DNA of 60,355 nt, filler included, from Catajapyx aquilonaris (Eukaryota), in assembly GCA_000934665.2 (NCBI GenBank). It is 3 parts of 3 records of this genome, joined end to end, with 100 filler letters (N's around TTAATTAATTAA, not from the genome) between each part and the next. Parts side by side here need not be neighbours in the genome. Positions count along the whole stretch, not along the records: positions 1 to 20,178 come from KZ539520.1; 2 more parts are not named here. The stretch is one strand, 5' to 3'. The notes under the pieces were generated by a model. That model did not search any database. It saw only the letters and a program-made list of their open reading frames with translations, and was not told the origin of the DNA. The stretch's first letter is position 1. Every line of letters begins with the position of its first letter. Of the stretch, positions 1 through 13,052 are shown one piece after another. The position numbers and the translations under genes are program-made.

Positions 1-440
1 TTTTCGGGCCGATTGGCCGATGGCCCTACAGACACTTCCCTTGTAAGTACACTATTTCAAAACAATCATTTTACTGTACAGGTGAGGGAAATATTTATGT
101 TAACAGTATCCAGTAACAAGAATATTTAATGTGAAGCATGTTGCCGAGGTCTGAAATAAACGGTGGCAGTGACCAGAGAGTTAGTAATAACCTCAGTCAC
201 AAATGAATCGAGCATCAGCTGAGAGAGAGAGAGAGAGAGAGAGAGATGGCGATCATGTGCGGGCTTTTGGGTGTTACAAGAAGGGAGGTCATCGTTTTAC
301 CAGGGATAAATTGCTGAGGAAAAAAAAGTCTGGTAGCACAGGTCCGGGTTCAGGGTATGCCGGGACCACTTTCTGGATCCAGGAAGTGGTCCCGGCTTGG
401 CCAAATATCAATATAAATGATAATTATCATTTACCATATA

Positions 441-775
441 AGGGAGACCGGGGTCGGTTGTAACACTTTTTAGTCTGGATTTTTAAATTCAGTCATATAT
501 GCATTATTATCTACCCCTTATAGCTATACCACCACTTATATGGATATATCGCGATGGTGTTGTTGTTATTGTTGCATTTAGTCAAAGGTTTATGACATGA
601 TGGAAATAAGGCAACATTCCTCTTTGTAAAATTCACATTGTAAAATCTTAAGATTAAAAATTGATAGATTTATAATATTATAAATATTTTTCCAAGGCAA
701 GGCAGAGTGTTACAACCGACCCAATCATAGGGGCGGTTGTAACAAAGGTCGAGGTCGATTGTAAGAAATGCTTTA
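441..775. mobile_element. Terminal fragment of a DNA transposon with subterminal repeats
   Basis: GGGAGACCGGGGTCGGTTGTAACA at 441; the GGTTGTAACA/TGTTACAACC motif recurs at about 707-745 in both orientations; no matching far end seen. Confidence 0.4.
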
Positions 776-1823
776 AGGGGAAAATGTAATATGGAAGAAC
801 AATATTTACACCCACTCATCTTCTCGGGACGGGGCGTTTTGCGGGCGGTGCTCACTTCAGAGCTCCTTTCACATCTGTAATGATCTGTAAATACATGTGG
901 CGATCCTACCGGGCGCTCTCAAGTGAGCACCTCCCGCAAAACGCCCCGTTTTGCGGGACGTGCTCACTTGAGAGCGCCGGTAGGATCAGGCGATAATGGG
1001 GAGTGACCAGACCTGAGTATTCTAAGGCCATGGTTCAGACAGCTCACAGCTGACCACCAACAGTTTGGACCAAAGGTTTGGCCTGTTTTGCCAACGAACG
1101 CCATCTTGAATCCATACGCGATAGAGCAAACGTGGGGTATCTCGCGTCGGGTTTGCATTTCGCGCGAATATTCTTACATTTTTACGGTATAAAAACCACA
1201 GTAATTTTCGTACATCTAATTCTACTAATCAAACAGTGCACCATGTGGCAACATTTAGCAAAGACTACTAAGCCCGCCAGATAACACCACCTACCACATC
1301 AAATATACAGTAAGTGGCGAACACAGCGGGCTTTAGTGTAACACTAGGTGCATAGAATATACACTACAAGAGGAGCCTAATATTTGTCGTTTGCGTGGGT
1401 TGCGGGGCTACTCAGCATGACCTTGGACAGGTCCTTTGGGAATTTTACGACGTAACAGGAAAGCCGCAGAGAATTTATTTCTCCCGAAGTACCAGGATTT
1501 CAGCAAATTCCTCTGGCACGGTTCTCAAGGTTGATATTCAGTGTATTTTAACGGAATTCATAATTAAATCAGCCTAACAGTTGGCCAGTAGTTCTCGAAT
1601 TTCGAGTTTTACAGCGATCTTTTGAAAATTAATTTTGCGGGACTTCTAGACCAGTAAAATGGTTCCAAATACATTCAGAGTGTTTTCCATGAACGTGTAA
1701 GTATAGCTGTTATTATTTGTAAAATATCCTGCCCTTATCTGAGTACGTGTAAGCAAAAATCTAGGCGATGAGATGGCGGGTATAGCTGGTAGCGAAGGGG
1801 TTAAGGCGTTAAGCAATCTTATC

Positions 1824-2225
1824 CCAAGCACTCAGGTCATACTTGATGGAACTGAATTTCCAATTGAAGCCTTAACAAATCCAACATTTCAGCACGTACA
1901 AAAATAGAACTACGTTGAAAAATTTCCTTGCAGCGACACCTAGACAGCTTATTTCAGATATATCACAGCCATAGGCAGGTTCTGTTACTGTTAGTGGCAG
2001 TGCAATTGTTGAGAGAATAAGTAGTGACCTGCTTGATCAGTGTGACCCTGGTGATTCTGTCACAGCAGACAATGCTCTCTTTGCCCCCAGTCACGTGACT
2101 GTTAATATGCCAGCCTTTACGAAATGAATTAGTCGGCTGCCTGGTCTCACTGTTCTCAAAGATAGAAAACTGCCCAGTAAAAGGATTCACGCTGAGAGCA
2201 GAGAATCATTGGACTAACAACCAAA
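1824..2225 (+). pseudogene. Degenerate DDE_Tnp_4 (ISL2EU/Harbinger-type) transposase fragment
   Basis: Manual translation across a frameshift and stops: PSTQVILDGTEFPIE...STYKNRTTLKNFLAATP..LIS..AGS..AIVER..DLLDQCDPGDSVTAD..TVNMPAF..LPGLTVLKDRKLPSKRIHAE. This follows the IIDCTE / FSxYK / PGDxVMAD / RIHVER motif order of this family. Confidence 0.8.
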
Positions 2226-2283
2226 TTACTCTCCTTACCCTCCTAAATTTTTAAAATGTTTGGACTTTCTAATTCTGCTTGGT

Positions 2284-2632
2284 CTATATTGTTGTGCAAA
2301 CAGCACCTCTGCTGCTAATTTTCACGTCAAAATACAAGCTAAATGCGATATTCCGAAACCACAACACCTAGCAGCCGGTCGTGGGTCGCAGGTCCCCGAG
2401 TGGCGCGAGCAAGTAGAATATGACCTCACACGCTTCGAAATTGATTTTGTGTAGCAAGTTATGAATTAAATTTAATCAATCATTTACATATCACTGATAT
2501 CAGTCGCGACGACCCGCGACGGGCCTGCCGCGACCGGATGCAGGTGTGGTGGCTTCGAATTTCTGTCTTTTGGCTTGCATTTTTACCCTGCTAACGTGAA
2601 AATTAGCAGCAGAAGTGATGTTTGCCACTATA
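2284..2632. mobile_element. MITE with imperfect long TIRs
   Basis: GCAAACAGCACCTCTGCTGCTAATTTTCACGT (about 2296) mirrored by ACGTGAAAATTAGCAGCAGAAGTGATGTTTGC (about 2594-2625). Confidence 0.65.
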
Positions 2633-2653
2633 GGTCAAGCAAGGTCATGTTTC

Positions 2654-4206
2654 ACCTCTCACATGGAACCCCGCGAAGTTCTATAAGAACTTCAGGCTCA
2701 AATAATTTTTTCGGGTTCTTTACTTGCTAAAAAGAAAGCACCCTTCTGGAGAAATCCTCGATCACAAGAGTTTTTGAGATGATGGGTCAAAAGGTCAGTG
2801 TTATCGGCGAGATTTTTGGTATTTAGCAGTTTCTTGGGATGGGAAACATAATGGCAGATCCGGAAATTATGAATTATGCAAGTTAAGGGTACTTCTCAGG
2901 GGACGGGATGGGGGGGGGGGGGGCAAAATGTTTTAATTTAAAATCGGTATTTTCAACTGGTGCGTATGGAAGAATCATGGCATGGGTCCGAAAGGCCAGC
3001 GACGATCCATTTTGAAGATGTCGACCTTTGACATTGACAGTGTCTATCCTGACAGGTATGGGTACCCCAGCGCATGTCTGCATTTCCGGCTGCCGAAGTC
3101 AGGCACTCGCAACACCAGACCGTTGCTCAACCGCCTAACTCTGGCCACAAGCAATGCAAGCATGTACAGGGGTATCCACATTTGCAAGGATTAACATTGG
3201 TCAATGTCAAAGGTCGACATCTTCAAAACTGATCGTCGTTGGTCTTTCGGAGCAATGCCATGCTTCTTCTACAGGGTGTTTCAGAGTCACGGGTCAAGCG
3301 CGCGCGAGGGTGTGGGGAAAAATCGTAGGTGGCGACAACCCCGGTCGGGTTTATAAAACAATTAGAAATACGGCAGTAATCAATTTATTTATTACGCCCG
3401 CACGGCGTGACGTCACATCCTTTCTGTATTCGAATTGACCGGTGCGGACTGGCAGATTCAGTGGTTTTAACCTGGTTGAACAGGTTTTTAGCCTGGCGGG
3501 TTGCACTGAAAAAGGCGCTCTCATGCTATACCGGCAAGGTACTGAACACACTACTGTACTGTACTAGTACTACACTACTTTGCACAGTACCATGCCGGTG
3601 TAGCATGAGAGCGCCTTTTTCAGTGCAACCCGCAAGGCTAAAAACCTGTTCAACCAGGTTCAAACCACTGAATCTGCCAGTCCGCACCGGTCAATTCGAA
3701 TACAGAAAAGATGTGACATCACGCCGTACGGCCGTAATAAATAAATTGATTACTCCCGTATTTCTAATTGTTTAATAAAACTGACCGGTGTTGTCGCCAC
3801 CTACGATCTTTCCCCACACCCTCGCGCGCGCTTGACCCGTGACTCTGAAACACCCTATACGCACCCGTTGAAAATGTCGATTTTAAATTTAAAAATTTAA
3901 CCGCCCCCCCCCCTCCCGTCCCCTGAGAAGTACCCTTAACTTGCATAATTCACAATTTACGGCTCTACCTATATGTTCCCCATCCCAAGAAACTGCTAAA
4001 TACCAAAATTCTCGCCTATAGCACTAATGATAGCTAATAAGAAAATGTCAAAAATTGAACACTTTATGAGAGGCCTTTCCTCCCAAAAACGCTGAGATGG
4101 AGGATATCTCCGGAAGGGTGCTTTCTTTCTAGCAGTTAAGGAACACAAAAAAATTATTCGAAAATGAAGTTCGCGTAGCACTTCGCGAAGTTCCCTTGTC
4201 AGAGGT
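2654..4206. mobile_element. Nested foldback: long-TIR element containing a ~590-bp palindromic CAGGGTG MITE and a second MITE
   Basis: Outer arms 2654-2966 and 3858-4206 are reverse complements. 3272-3857 is a near-perfect palindrome starting TA|CAGGGTGTTTCAG. 2967-3270 has its own ~70-bp TIRs. Confidence 0.85.
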
Positions 4207-4297
4207 CTAGCTACTTATTTCCCACTTCATCTCGCATTAACAGCGCAGCGCCCAAAAAGATTTTACTCCGGAATATGTAACTTTGTTGTCTTCAGTA

Positions 4298-4917
4298 CAG
4301 TACCCTGCATTATTCTCCGGGTGGTAGAAAAGTGAGAGTGCGCCTTCCTTCGGAGGGGAAGTAAAGCCGTCGCGTCGGTCCCGTGTGCTTGTGACATTGC
4401 GCGAGTGCACGTTAAAGATCCCCAGAGTGGCAAAATTTCCAGGAGGAGGACCACCCCCTGGCGTCGGTGATGGGCCTTAGAGGCAGAAATAGGCCGACGT
4501 TAAGTCCCACTGATCAGTACCCTGCATTAATGGCCATGCACAGACATCGCCACCTGTTCAAGAACGAGCGGAAATAGGCGTCGGTGGGGTGCGTCCAAAA
4601 ATACTTGGACAGCGCCAGATATCGCGGTGGATTCAAACTCTTGCTACAAAGATGGATCACAGCGGATCACAGATGTATCTGTGGGATGAATTATAAGGCC
4701 CTTGCGATGCCTATCAATGTATTGAGGTTGTGAACCAGTTATTACACGGACCAAGCGAATGCCTGTTAATCCACCGCGATATCTTGAGCCGTCTAGAGCA
4801 GACTAGTGAGCAGTCTTGATCATCAAAGTATTTTTGGACACAGCCCACCGGACGCCTAGTTCCGCTCAATCTGGCCAGGTGGGGATGTCTGTGCATGGCC
4901 ATTAATGCAGGGTACTG
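4298..4917. mobile_element. Tc1/mariner (pogo-like) MITE, TA-flanked, interrupted by a SINE
   Basis: TA|CAGTACCCTGCATTAATGGCCATGCACAGACATC ... GATGTCTGTGCATGGCCATTAATGCAGGGTACTG|TA. Confidence 0.85.
4313..4514 (+). mobile_element. 5'-truncated SINE, Nin-domain-like
   Basis: Exact 15-bp TSD CAGTACCCTGCATTA (4298-4312 and 4515-4529). Body contains GGAAGTAAAGCCGTCG..GGTCC and GCACGTTAAAGATCCC, which resemble the Nin/Deu SINE core as I recall it. Confidence 0.65.
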
Positions 4918-5013
4918 TACCTAGATAACATGCTATACAGAATCTCACTTATGTTCCTTACCAAACCTGTCATTCTCTTGCAATATGATACCCCGGAAAA
5001 ATATCTCAATATT

Positions 5014-5335
5014 TTATTTTATATTTTTTAATATTTATTTTACCCCGTGATGTCCCTTACGGGAGCTATAGGGGGTGGAATACCACCATCAGTTTTCTGT
5101 ATATACAGTATATTCACTTCATTCTCCGGTGCAAGGAAACAGGGACAATGGGAAAGGATAGGGATTTTTGGGGAGGGAACATTGGTGCAAGTGCAATGTC
5201 GGTAAAGGGGTCATGTGCTGTTCCCCAGGAGGTTAGGTTGCCAGACACCTCCTTGGTGCAGGTCAGAGACCCTCCTGACGCAGGTGAAAGGAAAGTTCCC
5301 CAGGAAAGTTACCATCACGGCCACCACACCTCCCC
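5014..5335 (-). mobile_element. tRNA-derived SINE (family A), B-box deleted
   Basis: 16-bp TSD AAAATATCTCAATATT (4998-5013 and 5336-5351); A-rich tail; body matches the 41850-42190 copy. Confidence 0.85.
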
Positions 5336-5683
5336 AAAATATCTCAATATTGTGCACTGTTCATATGGGCCTACGTCCTCTTTGCAACAGTCACTTAAGC
5401 TGACAAACGGGCGAATTCGCAACAACAATATCACTGATACATGCATAGTACGGTATATGCTTAATACGTGCCGCATGAGCGTGGGACGTACATTTTGTGC
5501 ACTGTCCCCATTTTGCATCATTTTATATGGCATCCTCTTTTTTGTGTAGCCAAGTGTGTAGCAGTCTGCTGGTTCTTTTGGCTCTCCTGTAAAATTATGA
5601 AATGTAGAATTCGTCTATTTGTCATAATTATGGACGACGATAATGTCCCAGAAATCCCAAGATTGGCAGGGGGAAGGTGGGCA

Positions 5684-5684
5684 C

Positions 5685-5753
<69 letters not shown>
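5684..5753. repeat. (TAT)n microsatellite
   Basis: Directly visible. Confidence 0.98.
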
Positions 5754-5754
<1 letters not shown>

Positions 5755-6856
5755 GTGTTGAATTTAAAGCATTCAGGACTCTTGAGGAACAATGAAGAAG
5801 CCCCCATCCAGTAGGCCTACGGTGTTCCCCTCAGCAGCAGGGAACATGAATAACCCTCATCAGGGGGGAATTAGATGGTCAATGAACAATTTGGAAGATT
5901 AAGGTGGATATCGGAAGTGGTTGACGGTTGTAGTTCAAGTTATAGGGGAGTGGTGCCTTAATTTATTATTATTATTTTGATATGTGAGGAGCGGAGGTTG
6001 GGACATTTTGCAGTGGTCTGGAACATCTTTTAATAAACAATGTTGTGAGGAGACTGAATTAATCTGTATCATTATTTTGTCCTTACATATTATGTCTTAT
6101 TAATTTTGCTTATTTATGTTATTAGGGTCTCTTGATTGAGAGAGTTGTTCATGAGAAAAGACAGCCTCATTCATGTCGACCCATCATGACTGAGGGGTGA
6201 ATGCTACCAAACGACAAAAAATGATATTTCGACAGGCATACCAATATTTAAATGCATTGAATTTAAACATGTACATTGTACAGTACCTCACCTCTGAAGT
6301 TATCAGTAAACATTTGCCTGGCAAGTTTGTTGGTGGACACCACTGATATTTATTGTACGCTGGATTGCTGACAGGTGGCATCTTCCTGTGCTTGGGGGGC
6401 CACGTTGAGAGATGAGAACACATCGATTGGGAACTATTAGGTCAATATTGTGCATGTCTTTGTGATTGCCTGCTTCTGTTCTCTTTTAATTTGTGCCTAC
6501 ATTGCTGTGACTTGTAAAAAGGGGGTGGGGGGAATAAGGAATGGAGGCGGTTTGTTGCTTTAAAACATGGCAAAATAACAAAATGTGGTTACGACCAGTT
6601 CCAGTTGTTTACATACCCTTGGAGTGACACAAATCGCCGTCGCACGTGAAATAAAGGCCGCTACAGTATTTCTACAGCATTTCTACAATTAAAATTACCC
6701 TTGGTAAATAGAGCTTAGACGGGATCTGGTGTCCCAATATGGTTTCAATATGGCGCTCATCGGATGAAGCAAGAATTCTAATATTGATCACTGCAATCTG
6801 CAATCCGGTGCATGAGGGAGATCAGTGGGGGATACCCATACCGCTAAGGCATTTGA

Positions 6857-6998
<142 letters not shown>

Positions 6999-7387
6999 AT
7001 GGGCATGACAGCGTTTTGTGACTGGGTAACGCCAATATGGGCATGAACTGGCTTCGTCCACGCTTGGACGAACTAACACTGTCTGACCTGCCCAAACGGT
7101 AGAACAACACTGGTAGGCTAATAGGCAGCTTCATTGGCTAGGCTGGTGCCCACCAGCCAGAAAGAGGAGCAGGATGATGAAGAAGAAGGAACGCGGAGGG
7201 AGGTTGAATGACTCGCAATCGTAGCATCAGTCTCAGGCTCTTCATGGCCGGTATGCTATGATGTGGCTTTTCAGGTGATGAAGCAGCAGTGGTATGTGCA
7301 TTTGATCTAATAAACCATCATCACATAATGATACTCGGACAGTTCGAGCCCTTTTGATTGCACCCAAAGTGTCTGAAAGCGACTGAC

Positions 7388-7614
7388 CGAATGCTGCGGA
7401 AGACCTCTCCGTTGGTCATGATTCTCAAGAACTCGTTGGAGGTGGTGGCTGTGTGGAAGTAGGACTTCTTTTCGTTGACGAAGAAGGTGTCGGGAACCCA
7501 GATCTTCTTGATGAACTCTGACCCCACAGACAAGGTCTCCACTCCGGGGCGGGCCTTGAATGACAGCCTCGGATCTTGCCACGTTTGCCGGAAGTAAAAG
7601 TCCACTGTGAAGTC
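7388..7614 (-). CDS. Rdl: GABA-gated chloride channel Rdl, exon 4 (ligand-binding domain)
   Basis: [80 protein letters not shown]; 227 nt, phase 0 to 2. [15 protein letters not shown] and ATTSNEF are characteristic of Rdl. Confidence 0.96.
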
Positions 7615-8465
7615 CTAAGGAAAGGATTTGTTGCACACAGATTAGATCACAACTTAAGTGTATCCGTAATGTTTTCCACCTACAAACACTGCTCCTTTAT
7701 ATCTGATTCTACGTGTTCTGTGCTTCTTATTTTGAAAATTTAGAGCCAGTAACTACCGCTTTATGTCAAAGAATCACTATAATCGAGTTATATACTGTAC
7801 ATTGCAAAGATTATTGAAGAGTTTATTTTGAAGGTAAGCGTCGAATGTGCTTATCCATATGTCATTATTTATGCATGATTATTTTTGATTATGTTAGTAA
7901 TTTAAGGAGTAATAATGTAAAATAGATGCACAGTGTGAAACTTGCGCGCAAAATCCTACATAATTATGTAGTCTTCACCGAATCATACATATGAGGCAAT
8001 AACTGCTTTAATAATGAGTTGTACTACAGTAATTTCTATAACATTGCGTAATCAATTTAATCGGCTACTTCATTTCTAACATGCTTTTCTGACACAAGTC
8101 GATGCCATATGATCATGTAACATATATTCTTACTTAATATACCATGCTATTACAAATGCAGTGAAACCTATTTATAGAAGATTCGTTCCTTTCCACTAAA
8201 ACATTCCGAATAAACGAGTTGCCACTATATCAGACAAAACGCTAAATTTGGACATTTTTGGAAATCAACATAATTATCTCCGATTTGATGACCGAAGTCC
8301 GACGTTCGGGACCTATTCGCAGTTTTTTGGGTGCCCAAGTAACCCGAATACCCACAGGGGACAGAAACGGTAGCCAATGGATTTCGAACAGGGACGGTTA
8401 TGCGGGCCACGAATGCGCGAATCTAATGCGGATCTGCACTTATTCCTCATGTAACATCGAGATTA

Positions 8466-9642
<1,177 letters not shown>

Positions 9643-9714
9643 TACTTTGCACATAAGCTCGTTGGGATATCTTTGGGAGACATAAAGGTGAAAGCGACCT
9701 AATTTTAACCACAT

Positions 9715-10325
9715 GGGTCATTCCACGCGAAAAGGGACATTTTGGTGAAAAGTGAAGTTTTAATTGCTTTTTTTTTGCTTTTTAAACTCTCAGGTCAACC
9801 AAAATTTCGGTGTTTCTGTGGAAATATCCTAATGAAGAATAGATGAATGCTTACTTCAGACCCATTCTCTTAACCCATTTTTATCCAGACAAAAATGTCG
9901 GGACAGTTACAATATGCTTTGCCCCGTACGTTACCTAGATTAATTATCACTGTATACCAATCATATGCTACAACTTAATTTTGGAATTAACCTATTTTGT
10001 TGATATGATAGTCTTCTACAACATACCGTACTGAAAAATTTATTCCTGAAAGGTTCAAGATAACAGAGTTCTGATATTATATGCGCTACAATTCGTATGT
10101 GTGTCCTTTTGTTGTCCCGTCTGTTACCCGACTTAATGTAATAAATTAAATCACCAGGTAAAAACATAAATAATCAACATCTGATGTTTCATAAATCTTC
10201 ACACCATGACTGTTGCAGTTGCAATGTTACGTAACATTCAAAAACCCTTTGATACCTACATAATTTATATTTGAAAAAAAGCAAAATCAATCAATTTTGT
10301 TCCATCCGTTACCGTGGAATGACCC
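9715..10325. mobile_element. Non-autonomous DNA transposon with 4-bp TSD (Sola-like)
   Basis: ACAT|GGGTCATTCCACG...CGTGGAATGACCC|ACAT. Confidence 0.75.
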
Positions 10326-11235
10326 ACATGTAAACTCTCTCTAGCACGAGAAATCATCCGTATAGGACCTACACAATATTATCTGAGAATGGTTGTGGCT
10401 GAAAAAGAAAGGAAGTTGGCGGTCGCCAAGGCCCTAAAGCAATACGTGGTAAAGAAAGATGTGGACTAGAATGACTGTGCTGGCCTTTGTGATCGTCTCA
10501 AGTGATGTAAAAAGCACCCGTTTTCCTGATAGAAAATCTGCAAGATGCGCACTTTTTGAATGCCTTTTCTGGAACTCGCAGGTACTGTATTTTTCGCCCA
10601 TCCCTCCCATCTTTAACCTCTGCCCAGGTTTTATGAATTTATGCGACTGCCTTTAATGCAGTATAATTCCTCTCTACCCAGACATACGAGTATTTCGATA
10701 CTACGGGACCGAAAGTACTATCCGTTGATGCGTTAGGTAGGTTCCGCTATATCGGTCAATTCCGCTCTGTCCAGTGTCCGCTATAGACAGGTTTCACTGC
10801 ATTACAAGACACATTAATAGTAATTAAAGAGAACGACACTTCAACATTGTGACAAATAGTACACAGCAGTTTACTGGAATATGCGTGTATTCAAAATAAT
10901 TGCATGTGGACTGTCAATTGTCCTTTGCGGATAGAATGGCTTCATTTTTTACATAACATGGTGAATATTTTCAATGGCTGCAGAGCAATTAAATTGCGTT
11001 AATATTATCACTTTTATACAATGATGTGTGGGTCAGAGAAAATACAAACATCATTTTGTTGGCAAGAACAGAGTCAATCTCAAAGCTCTGGCAGCCGTTA
11101 TTGCGAAAAATGTGCTCCAAACTCTGGGAGCAATCTTAATTGCAAAGCATAAAAACTACACATTCGACGCTTCTGGCTCGATATGCAGTACTATTTGGCT
11201 AAAGTTGCCTGAAGGCATGAAGGGGGGAAAAGACA

Positions 11236-13052
11236 ATTTTGAAATATTGGCCCCTGTGTTTGACTCTAAATAACTCTCAGGAAAATGGTCCAAAAATAAC
11301 GTTATACATCATTAGAACGCTTATTGTTTAAATATACGTATCATATATACGCGTTGTTTACCTATCTTCATTGTGAAATTTTTTATCGCAAGAAGAAGAC
11401 GGAAAGGTGCCGCAATTTGAATTTTTTATGACACTTCTCGGAGGCCAAAAAAATCCTCCTGTGAACCATACACAGTGCAAATCTTTGTCGATCTAATAAT
11501 ACATTTGAAACTTAGAAATCGCGATTAATGTAATCGTAATTAAGTTAATTGCACACCTCAGTTATCTCGGCCGTTCCTCATCCGAATTACTTCGCGAATG
11601 TATCGCGTGATAAAAATACACCGTGCTCTATTAGGCCGAGCGCAAATCATGCAAATTCGGTGCGATGTTGCACAGACTGGTTGCGTAAACAAGCTGCGCG
11701 AGCCGCTTCCGTCCGCTTCCACGCGACGTTGCATGGATGTTGCACGTTTCAAACACTGCTTGAAAACGTATACCATCGCATTCAATTTCCAAGATGGCGG
11801 CGCCCAGGTCAGAGTGAATATTCCGGAATATTCGATAAATGCATTTTATTGTTGTTTATTGACTTCACTCATGGGCACGCTGGGCGGTTGCCCGAATGCC
11901 CCACGAGCCTAGGTGGCCCCATGCTAATGTAGTGCCTTGATGGCAATAAGTAAGTAACTTACTATGCCATACTGTACCAAAGTATGTGACGTACCGGTGA
12001 CGTCGTACTAGCAGTACCGGTGGCCCATGGAGCGTGGATAGTACACCAACAGTGATCAAGTATGACCTCATTCATGAACTATGGGCGTTATTACCTCCCT
12101 AAAATTATGGAGTAGGCTACTGCAGTACTGTACTGCAATTCGGCGCCTGAGATCGCATCGAAATTATAGTCAACTCTGCCCCTTCGTGACCCGAAGTATT
12201 GAAATTGCCGCGAGTGGGATCGTATCGAAAATTTGAATTGCATGATTTGCTTTGGGTGTTCGATTGTGACGTATCCTCGGCCGAAAGTTGTGCGCGCATC
12301 CTGTTGTGTCCTGTTGCTATGCAACCGGGCCGACGTCGCGCCAAAATGGCATGATTTGCGCCCGGCCTTACACTAAAAATTTTAAAGGTATTTAAAAGCA
12401 TCGCCGTCTATTCCCGCCAGAAAGCGGGCTGGGTAGGCCTACTTGTCTATTAAACTTACTAAAACAATACTTTTAAAAACTCTAGTGTAATAGAGCACGG
12501 TGTAATTTATCGCGGACATTTCTGGCTTGCCGTCGATACATTCGCGAAGTAATTCGGATGAGAAACGGCCGAGATAACTGAGGTGTGCAATTAACTTAAT
12601 TATGATTACAGAAATGGCGATTTCTAAGTTTCAAATATATCATTAGATAGACCAAGACTTGCACTATCCAGGGTTCACAGGGGGAATTTTTTGGCCTCGA
12701 GAAGTGTCATAAAAATTCATTTTGCTGCGTAACGTCGGCAACTAACTTGGTCAAAAAATGACATCTTTCCGTGTTCTTCTTGCGATAAAAATTGACACAA
12801 TGCAATGGGTGGAACTTTCATCGTACTACTAGTTACTTTTAACCTAGCAATACCCATGTAATGCAATGGTACTGCTATGTTAGAAGTAATTAGTAGTACG
12901 ACGAAAATTCCACCCAATGAAGATAGATAGTAAACAACTCGCATATATGTTGCGTAGATTTAAACAAGCTTTCTAACGATGTATAACGTTATTTTTTGAA
13001 CCACTTTCCTGGGTGTTATTTAGGGTCAAACAGAGGGGGCAATATTTTAAAA
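11236..13052. mobile_element. Long-TIR foldback element with a mini-MITE in the right arm
   Basis: 11236-11632 is the reverse complement of 12488-13052 (e.g. GCACACCTCAGTTATCTCGGCCGTT / AACGGCCGAGATAACTGAGGTGTGC). About 12804-12919 is a small self-complementary insert. Confidence 0.85.

Noticed and set aside
5800..5870. Minus-strand CTGATGA suggesting a hammerhead ribozyme
   Set aside because: No correctly placed GAAA core or stem III.
12088..12446. Possible Helentron-like insert (CCCGC..GCGGG hairpin then CTTGT)
   Set aside because: The 5' end is unconvincing and part of it pairs with the foldback's left arm.
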